Positions 18,881-30,400 of a stretch of DNA of 60,850 bases are shown piece after piece (the first letter of the stretch is position 1; the number at the start of each line of letters is the position of its first letter). Under the pieces are notes generated by a model. The model was not told where the DNA came from. It saw only the letters and a program-made list of their open reading frames with translations, and did no database searches. Source of the stretch: Bacteroidia bacterium (GTDB taxonomy: Bacteria; Bacteroidota; Bacteroidia; UKL13-3); the NCBI GenBank assembly GCA_049318585.1, contig JBMOGB010000001.1:1-60850 (forward strand), written 5' to 3'. Position numbers and translations under genes: made by a program.

Positions 18881-20041
18881 ATGAAAATAGCTATAGTGCC
18901 AGACATTCATCTTGGAAGCAGGTCTTTTGGCAAAGATTCTCCAGATAAATTAAATTCTAGGATACAAGACCAACTTGATTTAATGTATTATGTTTACGAT
19001 AAATGTTTAAACAATAAAGTAGGTAGAATGATTTTGCTTGGGGATATTTTTGACAAAGAACATCCAGAGCCAGCTCTTATTTCCGAATTTTTTAAATGGT
19101 TAACTAAATGTACAGATAGTTTTAATGTAGATATCATATTAGGAAATCATGATTTTAAAAGAGTTGGCAATAAAGCAATTTCAATATTAGACACAATTCC
19201 AGCGGCTAGAATTAAAAATTGCAATGTAATATTAGAAATTTGTACAAAAAAATATGATGATTTATCCATTACATACATTCCTTATTTCGATAGAAAAGAA
19301 CTATCTTTTCAAAAAAACTCAGAGGCTGTAGACTTTATAGTAAAAAGTATAAATGAAAGTTTATCAATTAACAAATGCAATAAAAATATTGCACTTGGGC
19401 ATATGGCAATTGAAAAAAGTATTTATGTTGGAGAGGAAATAGAAGATGAGTATAATGAAATATTTTTACCAACTTCTGCATTTAAATTATTTGATTATAC
19501 TTGGATGGGGCATATTCATGATGCTCAAATTTTAAATAGAAAACCTTTTGTGGCTCATCTTGGTTCCTTAGACCGTTATAGCTTTAAAGACAAAGATAAA
19601 TTTATATGCATATATGATTCTGAAACAAATTTATTTAAAGATTATAAATTGCCATGCAGAAATCTAGTTGATGTTTCAATTGTTGTGCCTAGTGACGTTA
19701 CAAATACAAATGATTATGTAAAAAATGAAATAAATAAAATAGAACAAGAAACATTACAAGGGGCAATCTTAAGAATAAAGATAGATATAGAATCTTCAGA
19801 GGCTGATTCTTTATCTAAAAAAGATATATTATCATTATTTAGTTCAATGAATATTCAGCATGTAACAGAATTAACTGAGAGAAAGAAAGTAGCTATAGTA
19901 GAAACAAAAGTTGATATAGATGAAACAACAAATCCATACAAGGCAGTTGACAAGTTTATGGAAGTTGTTGATATTAATAATGATTTTAAACAACAAATAA
20001 GTAATGCGTGCAAGGACATAATCAAGGAGCTTTATCAATAA
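18881..20041 (+). CDS. sbcD: SbcD/Mre11-like nuclease
   Basis: DIHLG, GDIFD, GNHD, GH, MGHIH metallophosphoesterase motifs. Confidence 0.9.
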   Translation: MKIAIVPDIHLGSRSFGKDSPDKLNSRIQDQLDLMYYVYDKCLNNKVGRMILLGDIFDKEHPEPALISEFFKWLTKCTDSFNVDIILGNHDFKRVGNKAISILDTIPAARIKNCNVILEICTKKYDDLSITYIPYFDRKELSFQKNSEAVDFIVKSINESLSINKCNKNIALGHMAIEKSIYVGEEIEDEYNEIFLPTSAFKLFDYTWMGHIHDAQILNRKPFVAHLGSLDRYSFKDKDKFICIYDSETNLFKDYKLPCRNLVDVSIVVPSDVTNTNDYVKNEINKIEQETLQGAILRIKIDIESSEADSLSKKDILSLFSSMNIQHVTELTERKKVAIVETKVDIDETTNPYKAVDKFMEVVDINNDFKQQISNACKDIIKELYQ

Positions 20042-22209
20042 TGCGACCAATACGTTTATCTTTAAAAGATTTTACAAATCATGCAGAATCAGATATTGAT
20101 TTTTCAATATTGTCTCCAGCAACATTAATTATTGGAATTGAAAATGGATCAGAAAAAGCAAGCAATGCTGTTGGTAAGACTAATATTTTTAATGCAATAA
20201 AATATGTCTTGTTTAATTCACGAATTTCTAATGAAAAAAACAAAGTAATAAGAGATGGTACTAAAAAATGTACAGTAGAATTTACATTTGAAATTAAAAA
20301 TGAAACATATAAAATAGAAAGATTTAGAACAAGATCTTCGCAAGGAGTTCAATTATTTAAATTTATTGAAGATAAATTTGTCGATGTTTCTGGAAAAACC
20401 TCATCAACTACAGACCAAATGATTCAAGATATATTGGGGATAAATGAGCAAACATTTGAAAATAGCTCATATTTAAGGCAAAATGACTATTCTAGAAAGA
20501 AAATTGATACATTAGCAGCGGCAACACCAGAGGATAGAAAATCAATTATTATTGATTTGTTGCAACTTAATATGTGGAATAAATTTGAAAAAAAAGCGAA
20601 AGATATTAGAGACGAAGCGAATATTGAATTTTCAAAATCAAATAGTTTAATCCAATCGCTGGGAGATCCAGAAACAGAAATTGCAATAAACCAACAAAAA
20701 ATTGAAGAAATAAGTTCAATAATGCCGGTTATTGAAAATAATATTTTAAAATTATCATCATACATAAATGATAAAAAAGAAATAAAATCCAAATTATCAA
20801 ACTCAATATCAAATGAATATCCATTATTGCAAACAAAATTAAAGAATGAACTATCTTCAAAAAATAATATAATTAAAGATATTGCAAATTTAAATTCTCA
20901 AAAAATAAGATTGGAAAGCGAATGCTTATCATTAAATAACAAACTAAATGATAATAACCAAAAATTATCATTATATGAAAAGCAAAATCAATCCACGGAA
21001 AAAACTGATGAGCCAACAGATAATTTGCAAGAAATATTGGATATTATATCGAAATTAAAAGCAAATATAAGAGATAATAGATCTCAACTTATGATTGTTA
21101 ATAAGCCAATACCAGATGGAGAATTTTGCCAGGAATGCGGAACCGAATTATCAAATGATTTTAAGCATAATTCTCAAGATAAAAAGGACCAAAAAGCAAA
21201 AGAATTAATCGAATTAATTCAAAAAGATGAATCGGAATTAAAAATTTATTCAAATAATAAAACCATAATTGAAAATAAACAATTAAAATATAATCAATAT
21301 ATTGAAATTATAAATAGATTATCATCTTTAATTTCTTTAATCAAAAACCAAAATGAAGAGCACCAAAAGTCTTTAGAAAGCAAAAATAGTTTAATTAGTT
21401 CATGCCTTTCTGATATTTCTATAAAAAATTCTTCGTTGGAAGAATGCAATAAAAATATTTTGAATATAAATGAAAAAATGGAAAAGATAAATAATAATAA
21501 AATAGAAGAAGAAATAAAAATAATAGACCAAAATATTAAAGAAAAACAAAAAGAATTATCGCAACAACAATCCAATTTATCTTCCAATGTTTATCAACTA
21601 GGACAACTAAAAGCTACCTTACAGCGATGGCAAGAAGACCTAGATAAAATTGATAAATATAAATCAGAAAGAAAGACTCATCAAAATAAATTCAATTTAT
21701 ATAAAGCCGTAGTATCATGTTTTAATTCATCTGGCATTCCAGCAATGATTATTCATAATGTGCTTGGGACTTTGCAAACAGAGACAAACAAGATATTGGA
21801 TCAATTAAAGCCAGGGATACAGCTTAAATTTATTGTAAATAAAGAAAAAGATGATGGAACGAATACAGATACTTTAAATATAGTTTATTATATTAATGGG
21901 GTTGAAAAAGATTTTAGTGATTTATCTGGAGGGCAACAAGCTTCTGTTGTATTATCAATGAAGTTTGCTACTGCCGAAATAGTTAGAAACAGATGTGGTG
22001 CAGATATTCAAATTTTATTGCTTGATGAAGTTGACCAAGCTTTAGACGAACAAAGTGTTGAATCTTTTTATGAAATTTTACATCGCCTTAGTAAAGATAT
22101 AACAATACTCGTCATTACTCATGATAAAGAATTGAAAAATAGATTCAAGTCTTTTATCGTTGTAAATAAAAATGGAGAAGCATCTTATGCGGAGGCAGTA
22201 AATGAATAA
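20041..22209 (+). CDS. sbcC: SbcC/Rad50-like SMC ATPase
   Basis: Walker A SNAVGKT, coiled coils with zinc hook CQEC, signature LSGGQ, Walker B LLLDEVD, ITH; ATG at 20041 is TAATG-coupled. Confidence 0.92.
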   Translation: MRPIRLSLKDFTNHAESDIDFSILSPATLIIGIENGSEKASNAVGKTNIFNAIKYVLFNSRISNEKNKVIRDGTKKCTVEFTFEIKNETYKIERFRTRSSQGVQLFKFIEDKFVDVSGKTSSTTDQMIQDILGINEQTFENSSYLRQNDYSRKKIDTLAAATPEDRKSIIIDLLQLNMWNKFEKKAKDIRDEANIEFSKSNSLIQSLGDPETEIAINQQKIEEISSIMPVIENNILKLSSYINDKKEIKSKLSNSISNEYPLLQTKLKNELSSKNNIIKDIANLNSQKIRLESECLSLNNKLNDNNQKLSLYEKQNQSTEKTDEPTDNLQEILDIISKLKANIRDNRSQLMIVNKPIPDGEFCQECGTELSNDFKHNSQDKKDQKAKELIELIQKDESELKIYSNNKTIIENKQLKYNQYIEIINRLSSLISLIKNQNEEHQKSLESKNSLISSCLSDISIKNSSLEECNKNILNINEKMEKINNNKIEEEIKIIDQNIKEKQKELSQQQSNLSSNVYQLGQLKATLQRWQEDLDKIDKYKSERKTHQNKFNLYKAVVSCFNSSGIPAMIIHNVLGTLQTETNKILDQLKPGIQLKFIVNKEKDDGTNTDTLNIVYYINGVEKDFSDLSGGQQASVVLSMKFATAEIVRNRCGADIQILLLDEVDQALDEQSVESFYEILHRLSKDITILVITHDKELKNRFKSFIVVNKNGEASYAEAVNE

Positions 22210-22780
22210 ATCTAATCTTATTGCAATAAGTGGCAAACTTAGACATGGAAAAGATACTTTTGCAAATATTATTGTGGAAGAATTAAATAATTTAAATTTT
22301 AATAAAGAAATTTATAAAACCGCCTTTGCTGATCAAGTAAAAGAAACTTTGCTATCAATGTGCCCAACTCTTGATAGAAAACATGTTTTTGGTCCAAGCG
22401 AATTTAGAGATATTATTTTACCAAACTGCATTGATAAAATTACTGGGAAGCCATTAACAATAAGAAATGCTTTGATTCAAATAGGAGCCATGGGAAGAGA
22501 ATGGAATAAAGATTTTTGGGCTATGGCTGTTCTTAATAAACTTCAAAATAATAAACTTATGATAATTACAGATTGTAGATATTTAAATGAAAAAGAAAGC
22601 ATAGAAATGTGTGGAGGAAAAGTAATTAGAATAATTAGGCAATTAGATAACAACTGTGCTTTAAATCATCTATCTGAAACAGATTTGGATAACGCAAATT
22701 TTGACGATTATGTTATAAATGATACAATCGATAATTTACATAAACAAGCAATTAAGATGATAAACAAATATATCTTGTAA
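22202..22780 (+). CDS. Deoxynucleoside monophosphate kinase
   Basis: ISGKLRHGKDT, FAD, IRNALIQIG, ITDCRYLNE, HLSE. Confidence 0.85.
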   Translation: MNKSNLIAISGKLRHGKDTFANIIVEELNNLNFNKEIYKTAFADQVKETLLSMCPTLDRKHVFGPSEFRDIILPNCIDKITGKPLTIRNALIQIGAMGREWNKDFWAMAVLNKLQNNKLMIITDCRYLNEKESIEMCGGKVIRIIRQLDNNCALNHLSETDLDNANFDDYVINDTIDNLHKQAIKMINKYIL

Positions 22781-23700
22781 TGAAAACCTGTTCAAAATGC
22801 AAACATAAAAAAAATATAGATCAATTTATTGGAAATATTCCAAACAAAATTACAAGTCAATGTAAAAAATGTAGAGATATTAAAAGATTTAATAATATTA
22901 AAAATAAAACAACTATAGTAAATTATAGAATTAAAAACAAAGAACATAATTTGCAAAAATGCAAAGAATATTATGGAAAGAACAAAGAAAAGATTTTAAT
23001 AAGAACAAAAGATTATCAAGAAAACAATAAAGAACAAATAATTATTAAAAACAAAGCCCACAAAATTCAAAATAAAGAATTATATTTGTGGAGATTTGCA
23101 AAAAGAAGAGCAAAAGAAAAGAATATATTATTTAACCTTAATGTTGAAGACATTTTAATTCCAGAAATTGATCCATATTTAGAATACCCTTTATATAGAG
23201 ATGGAAAAGTTTCAGAAAATATTCCATCTATAGATAGAATAAATAATAATTTAGGATACATCAAAACAAATATTATAGTGGTTAGTCAAAAAGCAAATCG
23301 CATAAAAAATAATTTGTCATTGGCTGAAATAAAATTAATTGCAAAAAATTATGATAATATTGGAATTGAATCTGAAAAATCATATTATAAAAATAATATA
23401 TTAATTGAAGCAAGAAAAAGATCTAAAAAATTAAATTTAGATTTCAATTTAGAATTAGATGATATTATAGTTCCAGATGAATGCCCCCTACTTAACATTA
23501 AATTATTTACAGGAAGCAATAAGCCAATAGCTAATTCTCCAACATTAGATCGCATAGATAATAATTTGGGATATATTAAAGGAAATGTTAGAGTAATTTC
23601 TTTAAAATCAAATATATCTAAATCAAATTCTACCAAAGAAGAATATCTTTTATTTGCAAAAAATTTAGAAAATATAGTGAATAATAGATATTATATGTAA
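22780..23700 (+). CDS. HNH-like (His-Me finger) homing endonuclease with two tandem domains
   Basis: CSKC/CKKC N-terminus; PSIDRINNNLGYIKTN..ANRIK and PTLDRIDNNLGYIKGN..SNISK. Confidence 0.75.
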   Translation: MKTCSKCKHKKNIDQFIGNIPNKITSQCKKCRDIKRFNNIKNKTTIVNYRIKNKEHNLQKCKEYYGKNKEKILIRTKDYQENNKEQIIIKNKAHKIQNKELYLWRFAKRRAKEKNILFNLNVEDILIPEIDPYLEYPLYRDGKVSENIPSIDRINNNLGYIKTNIIVVSQKANRIKNNLSLAEIKLIAKNYDNIGIESEKSYYKNNILIEARKRSKKLNLDFNLELDDIIVPDECPLLNIKLFTGSNKPIANSPTLDRIDNNLGYIKGNVRVISLKSNISKSNSTKEEYLLFAKNLENIVNNRYYM

Positions 23701-24677
23701 TGGCTATACAAGTAACAATAACTCCATCAACGGAACAATTTATAAGTGGAATACCAAAAACTGTAGTTATAACTACAGACGTTCCATCAATGATTTTTTA
23801 TACTGTAGATGGCTCTGAACCAACTACTTCATCTGAAGTATATATTTCTACATTATCTTTGCCTACACATAATGCAAGTGCTGTATTAAAAGTATTTGCA
23901 ACTAATGGCGTTGATTCAAGCGATATAATAGTAAAATTATATTCTCCAAAATTAACGAATGCTAGAGTGTCACATGCAAAAGCAGAAGTTCTTGATTTTA
24001 ATGTGTTCGCTAATTTTGGTTCATCTGGTGGTCCTCCTCTAGTCCTATATAGCCAACCAAGCGACACTCCTATGGAGGCAGCAGCCGTTCCAAATGTAGA
24101 TGAAGATGGATATGGATCAGATCCTACTAAATATCCTATGCGGGGATATGACCAACCAATACCTGTTTATGATCTTTTACGTTCCGATTCAAATTATCTT
24201 GGCGAAATGGGAAAAGATATTGGAACAATGCCTCCTCAAGCCAAAGTAATATACGTCCCACCACCGCCAGAAGAATCTTCATTAAATAAAGCAACCTATG
24301 ACCCAAGGGCACTTGTTACTTTTCATGATGGTACAAAGCCTAATGATAATGAAGACACAATATTTAGAGCATATTATAATGGTGAAGATTTAACAAAATC
24401 TATGTATGGTAGTGCTCTTGGAACAACAGCAGCAAAAGATGGAGACTTTGCACCAAATGGATCATTATTAAATTATCATTTTAATTGCAAAGATAATACG
24501 GTTACTTTTTATTATAGAGATTCCAGACAAAATAGATGGCTTATTTCAAAAGAAAAAATAAAATCCACACCAATTCCATTGGATCAAAGAAATGCTTTGT
24601 ATAACTTTATATCCCCTCCAATTGGTCACAATCACGTTTATAAATGGATTTTGTATAAGAGCACTAGAGTTATTTAA
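23700..24677 (+). CDS. Protein with N-terminal chitobiase/Fn3-associated domain, putative structural protein
   Basis: IFYTVDGSEPTTSSEVY.....L......LKVFA pattern. Confidence 0.7.
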   Translation: MAIQVTITPSTEQFISGIPKTVVITTDVPSMIFYTVDGSEPTTSSEVYISTLSLPTHNASAVLKVFATNGVDSSDIIVKLYSPKLTNARVSHAKAEVLDFNVFANFGSSGGPPLVLYSQPSDTPMEAAAVPNVDEDGYGSDPTKYPMRGYDQPIPVYDLLRSDSNYLGEMGKDIGTMPPQAKVIYVPPPPEESSLNKATYDPRALVTFHDGTKPNDNEDTIFRAYYNGEDLTKSMYGSALGTTAAKDGDFAPNGSLLNYHFNCKDNTVTFYYRDSRQNRWLISKEKIKSTPIPLDQRNALYNFISPPIGHNHVYKWILYKSTRVI

Positions 24678-24696
24678 TTTCAACTAATGAAATACC

Positions 24697-24724
24697 TAGA
24701 CAAGACAACATTTTGTGATATAGT
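24697..24724 (+). promoter_or_regulatory. Sigma70-type promoter TAGACA-N16-TATAGT with extended TG, probably leaderless
   Basis: -10 ends 8 nt before ATG 24733, which has no SD. Confidence 0.5.
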
Positions 24725-24732
24725 ATCTCATT

Positions 24733-25542
24733 ATGAATGAAATAAATACAGAAAAAACAAAAATAGAAAAAGTAGAATTGCCAGTTATCAGTTATAGCAA
24801 GCTGACAACATATAAAACGTGTAATAAATCTTATAAATTTGCTTATATAGATAAACTTCCAAGATTGGATAAGCCATATACTATATTTGGTCAATTTTGT
24901 CATAAAGCTTTAGAAGCATTCCATATAGAATATCTAAATGGGTCGAAAGAACCAATTGATATTATTATGCAAAAAAGTTTCCAGTCAGCAAAAGATGAAT
25001 GGAAAGAAAAAATGACAAGCGATCAAATAAAAGAAGCATTTCAAATAATGCAAGATTATCTTAATATAATCTCAAATGGGGAGATGCCTAAAGTATCTAG
25101 TATTGAGAAAAAAATCTATGCTACAATTGACGATACGCTTATTCTTTATGGCTTTATAGACAGAATTCAAGTAGATGATGATGGGGTTGTTCATATAGTA
25201 GATTATAAAACAACAAAAGATGAAAGATTCTTAACTGATAGGACTCAATTACTGTTATATGCTTATACAGTTTATTTGGAGAATAAGGATATTAAAAAAA
25301 TTAGAACATCTTATATTATGTTAAAACATAAGATGAAATTTTTAACAGCGGAGCACTCAGTTGATGAATTAATTGAAACTAAGGATAAGCTTTTACATAC
25401 ATGGGAAACGATAAAATCAGACAAGTTATATAGAGCAGCTCCAGTAGCATGGAAGTGTAAGAATTGCGATTATGTCTCTTCTTGTAAAGAAGGACAAAGA
25501 TTAGTGTTAAAAGGTAAAAATTTCGGAGAAATAGATTGGTAA
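24733..25542 (+). CDS. PD-(D/E)XK nuclease, RecB/AddB/Cas4-like
   Basis: SYSKL..YKTC, GFIDRI, IVDYKT, QLLLYA, C-terminal CKNC....C Fe-S ligands. Confidence 0.88.
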   Translation: MNEINTEKTKIEKVELPVISYSKLTTYKTCNKSYKFAYIDKLPRLDKPYTIFGQFCHKALEAFHIEYLNGSKEPIDIIMQKSFQSAKDEWKEKMTSDQIKEAFQIMQDYLNIISNGEMPKVSSIEKKIYATIDDTLILYGFIDRIQVDDDGVVHIVDYKTTKDERFLTDRTQLLLYAYTVYLENKDIKKIRTSYIMLKHKMKFLTAEHSVDELIETKDKLLHTWETIKSDKLYRAAPVAWKCKNCDYVSSCKEGQRLVLKGKNFGEIDW

Positions 25543-25555
25543 AAGGAGAAAAAAT

Positions 25556-26821
25556 ATGCCGATTTTAGAAACTGTAAGAATAGACGACTGCAAAAATGAA
25601 GTATTGTTTTCTTATAACAAGGAGAAAGTTGCAAGTATTATAGATAGTGTAGCAAGGGATATTGGCAAACATCATAAAATAAAAGGCAGCAGACAAGGCA
25701 AGGCTTCTATTGAGGCTGTAAAAATTGCAGCTAAAAAGGCTGTGCTAGAGAATGCTGGGCAACAATTATTGAATGATGCCTTTCAAGATATTCTATTTGA
25801 AACTAAATGGAAGCCATTTTCTCAGCCAGAAGTAAAAGATATGAATGTTACATTTGGATCATTTAGCGCAAAATTAACTATTGGATATTCCCCTGAGTTT
25901 GAGTTAACAAAATATAAGGATTTTGAATTTGCTCAACCAGAAAATTCTCCTAATAATGAAGCCTTATTTGATAAATTGTCGCAGAATATATGCAAGAATT
26001 TTGCCGAAACAAAATTATTTACAGAAAATGATTTTGTTCTTGCTGGTGATAAGGTAATAGTAGATTTTCATGCAACAATTAATGGTGAAGATTTTGAACA
26101 TAATAAAGCTAGCGCAATAACCGTAGAAGTTGGGAAAGGAAAAACAGTAGATGGCTTTGAAGACAATTTAATTGGAATGCGCGTTGGCGAGGAAAGAGAA
26201 TTTGATTTATCATTCAATGAAAATTTTCCAAACAAAACTTTTGCCGGAAAGATTATTCATTTCAAAGTTAATGTTGTTAATGCCGCCAGGGATGAGCCAG
26301 CAACATTTGATGAAGAATTAGCGAAGAAAATGAATTTTGATTCATTAGATTTATTAAAAGAAGATGTGATGAATCAAGCGGCTCAATATAAAAAAGAAAT
26401 GGAATTTGGAAGCTTAAAGGTTACAGCGATTAATAACTTGATTGAATCAAATAATGTGCCAGTTCCAGAATGGATGATTTTGCAAACAAGTGAAAATACC
26501 GCAAAGATGCAACATAAAAACTTTGCATCATTATCCAACGATGAAAAGAAAGTTTTGTTTGATGAAACAAAAAGAAATATTTCCTTGGCATTTATTATTG
26601 AAGAAGTAAAAGGGCTGGAAGCAGAGACGGTTTTAACGCAAGATGAACTTTCAAGAATTTTGCATGAAAATATTTCAAAGATGCCAGAAAATATGCAAGC
26701 GGAATTGGTTAATGGAAAAAATTATGCTTTATATTCGAAGATTTTGAATGATATTCAAATAGAATATGTCATCAAGTGGGTTGTGGATCATTCTACAGTT
26801 GTAGCAAAAGGAGTTGAATAA
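25556..26821 (+). CDS. tig: Trigger factor
   Basis: Three-domain length (421 aa); KGSRQGK loop; FKBP domain GDKVIVDF...GFEDNLIGMRVGEEREF...AGK..HFKV; VPEWMI. Confidence 0.88.
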   Translation: MPILETVRIDDCKNEVLFSYNKEKVASIIDSVARDIGKHHKIKGSRQGKASIEAVKIAAKKAVLENAGQQLLNDAFQDILFETKWKPFSQPEVKDMNVTFGSFSAKLTIGYSPEFELTKYKDFEFAQPENSPNNEALFDKLSQNICKNFAETKLFTENDFVLAGDKVIVDFHATINGEDFEHNKASAITVEVGKGKTVDGFEDNLIGMRVGEEREFDLSFNENFPNKTFAGKIIHFKVNVVNAARDEPATFDEELAKKMNFDSLDLLKEDVMNQAAQYKKEMEFGSLKVTAINNLIESNNVPVPEWMILQTSENTAKMQHKNFASLSNDEKKVLFDETKRNISLAFIIEEVKGLEAETVLTQDELSRILHENISKMPENMQAELVNGKNYALYSKILNDIQIEYVIKWVVDHSTVVAKGVE

Positions 26822-26822
26822 A

Positions 26823-27128
26823 ATGGCAAGAATAAAGAAAAATAAAGCTGACACGGGTGGTTTTCCAGAGAAATATTATAAAGTCCTTATGGGGTCTGGT
26901 ATTATGGAAGATATGGATGCTTCAGATGAAGAAGCTTTGAGGAAAAGCGTTATTGAATCTGAAACCTCAATTGAGGAACAAGATCAGTTGAAAGAAGCAG
27001 ATGAAAAATTGAAAGTGGCAAGAGAAGATGCAAAAACACTAGGCGGGGCATATAAAGATGCTACTAAGTTTCAAAATGCAAAAATTAAATATGCGCTACT
27101 TTGTCTTGACCGCATGGGAAAGTTGTGA
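26823..27128 (+). CDS. Hypothetical coiled-coil protein
   Basis: ATG at 26823 after AGGAG. Confidence 0.7.
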   Translation: MARIKKNKADTGGFPEKYYKVLMGSGIMEDMDASDEEALRKSVIESETSIEEQDQLKEADEKLKVAREDAKTLGGAYKDATKFQNAKIKYALLCLDRMGKL

Positions 27129-27406
27129 TACAATCAGCCATACGTACATGTAGTGGTAAGTTAGTTGTTAGTGTAATACTTCCAAAAGCAATTAATAATG
27201 ATATTATATCAAAATTAAAACAAAATGGATTTATTTGTAAAGAAAGATTTCTGAAAAGTGGATTGCTCGTATTGGATAATGGCGACATAACTATAAACGG
27301 TACATTATCCAATCGAGCAGTTTCTATATATTGCAATTCTAAACATAGCGAAGAACATTGTAAAGAATTAGCCAATAAAACCATAGAATTAATCAAATCA
27401 TTATAA
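27125..27406 (+). CDS. Hypothetical protein
   Basis: GTGA overlap, 93 aa. Confidence 0.55.
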   Translation: MIQSAIRTCSGKLVVSVILPKAINNDIISKLKQNGFICKERFLKSGLLVLDNGDITINGTLSNRAVSIYCNSKHSEEHCKELANKTIELIKSL

Positions 27407-27450
27407 TCAAAAGTTCAAACTTCCTTGTGAATTTGAATGGAGAAAAACAA

Positions 27451-30400
27451 ATGTCTAGATACATATCGTTACATAATCATACTATATTTTCTATTATGAA
27501 TTCTATTATAAAGCCATCTGATTTGTTTAAAAGAGCGGCTGAATTAGAAATGCCAGCAGTTGGCATAACTGATAATTTTACAATGGCTGGCATTTATGAT
27601 TCATATAAAGCTTATAAATCAACTAAGGTAAAATTAATTGCCGGTTGCCAATTCAACTTTGTTGATACAACAAAGCCTTATCTTGATTACAACCAAGATA
27701 ATAAATTAAGCAAACCAAAAGAAAAACTAAAGAATATAGTTCTTATAGCTAAAAATGATATAGGCTATAAAAACATTCTACTTCTTAATAGAAAAAGCTT
27801 TGATTGTAAATTTGGCAAAATGCCACTTATTGATTGGAATAATTTACAAGAATATAGTGAAGGCGTTATTTGTTTAACTGGAGATGCTTGTGGTATATTA
27901 GGTACAAATATAAGCTCTGGAAACATTGATAAAGCAAGGCAAGACGCTTCTAAATTAAAAGAAATTTTTTCAGATAATTTAGGCTTAGAATTTGTTCCTA
28001 ATAATTTGAAGTATAATGAATGCGATCAATTTGCAACAAATAGAAATTTATTAAAGATATCACAAGACCTTAGTATAAAGCCAGTAGCTGCTAGCAATGC
28101 AATGTATTTATATAAAGAGCAACATAAAGTACATGATTTACTATTAGCAATTAAAAATGGCAGGAGTTTGTCTGATAGCTCAAGACCAAGATTTGAATTT
28201 GAGCAATTATATCTACATACTGATCAAGAAATAATAAAATTCTTTTCAAGAAATTTTGGGGAAGAATTTGCAAATATATTATGCGATAATTCTTTATATT
28301 TTGCTGGCATGTGCGAAAAACCAAACTGGGTAAAACCAGAAGTTGTTACTGGAGATAAAGCTCAATTACCCACATTTCCAATAAAAGACTCAGATGATTA
28401 TGACCAATTTAATAATTGGCTACCAAATATTGATGATAATATTAAAAATCTTGATACCGACCAATTATATATGCGCTTTAAATGTGAAAAAAATTGGGCT
28501 AAATATGTGCCACAAGATAAAAATGATATTTATAAGAAAAGACTAAGCGATGAATTATCAGTTTTTGAAAGTTTAGGATTTTCTTCTTATATGTTAATTA
28601 CTGCAGACTTTATAGAATGGGCTAGAAATAACAATATTCCAGTTGGACCAGGACGAGGTTGTTTAACAAAAGACACTCTTGTTTTAACAGAAAATGGATT
28701 TAAAAATTTAGATGAAATTAATATTGGAGACAAAGTTTATTCCCATTCTGGGAAAATTCAAAATGTAATTAATAAATTTGAATTTAATATTGAAGATGAA
28801 AAACTACTAAAATTAAAAATTGAAAATTCATTTGGAGATATTGTTTTAACAAAAGACCATAAAATTTATGGATGTAAAAAAATAATTGAGAAAGTAGAAA
28901 AAGATTATAATTATGGCAACAAAATAATACATGAAAAACATGATAAAATAAAGTTTACAGACCCAACTTGGATTAAAGCTAAAGATTTAAATATTGGAGA
29001 TTATATTTATTCAGCGTTTCCAGAAAGAAATGCATATAAATATGACTATATATTTGATTTGGCTAATTTCTGTAATGAAAAAGATGTAGTTGGAGATAAA
29101 ATAATAATACGGAATAAAATTGTAAATGAATTTTCAATAAGAGATGTTTCTAGGAAAACAAATATATCATTTGAAATAGTTCGTAAAATTAAAAATAATA
29201 TTATAGTTAATAAAAAATATGTTGAGGAAGTAACAGCGTATTTATTAAGTAATAACTTAAGTCTAGATAATTGGATTAATATTCCAAAATATAATATTAC
29301 CTATATTAATAGATTTATTCCTTTAGATAATGATTTTTTGTATTTGCTTGGTTTATGGATAGGGGATGGTTGTATAAGATATAAACAAAAAAATGGCATA
29401 AATTATTCTTTCAATATAAATGAAGAAGATTCTATAAATGCAGTATATTCATTTTATAATAAATTAGGTTTTAATTTAACAAAAAGAACAAATGGAGTGA
29501 ACGGATGCTGTTTTGATATTGGGACAACAATACTTTCAAATTTGTTCAAACATATATTCCCGTTCTATAAGAACGAATCTAAAACTAAACATTTGCCATC
29601 TTTTTTTAGAAAATTAAATGATGATCAGCTTTTATGCTTGGTAAAAGGAATAATAGATAGTGATGGGCATGTAGATGGAAATAATGAATCAATTAAAACA
29701 ATAAGTTATCAGTTGGCAAAAGAATTAAAAGAAGTATTTAATAAATTGCATATTGTATGCGGAATATTAGTTTCAAAAGCTGAGACTTTACATGGAAGAA
29801 ACAATTCTAAATGTTATCAAGTTAGGTTCTCCGGCATAAATACACCACTTAAAATAAAATCTATTTTTGGTAATGGCTATTATAGTAAAATAATAGATAT
29901 TAAAGAATGTAATGACAATAAAGTATATGATATAACAGTAGAGAATGATAATTCTTATCTTACATCGTCTGGCGTTGTTCATAATAGTGTTGGTGGTAGT
30001 TTAATTGGATATCTGCTTGGAATCCACAGAGCGGATCCAATTAAATATGGACTAATCTTTGAACGCTTTCTTAATATGGAGAAAAAAGCTTATCCAGACA
30101 TTGATAACGATTTTGATTCAGAAGGAAGAGAAAAAGTTCTTGATTATGTAACAAATAAGTATGGCAAAGATTATGTTGCTCATGTAAGTAACTTTATTAC
30201 ATTTACTCCCAAAGTAGCCATTACGGACATAATTACAAGTTTAGAAATTGGTGGGTCCAGGAAAGATGCGTTTAGAATTGCTAAGAATATAACTGAAACA
30301 ATAGACGCTGGATCAAAGAATTTAAAAGATGCAATTAATAGTTCCAAATTACTTGCTGAGTTTGTAAAAGAGCATCCAGAAATTATAGAATATGGAGAGC

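Noticed and set aside
24733-25542. Cas4-like nuclease as evidence of a CRISPR system
   Set aside because: No repeat-spacer array or other cas genes seen; stand-alone nucleases of this type are common in phages
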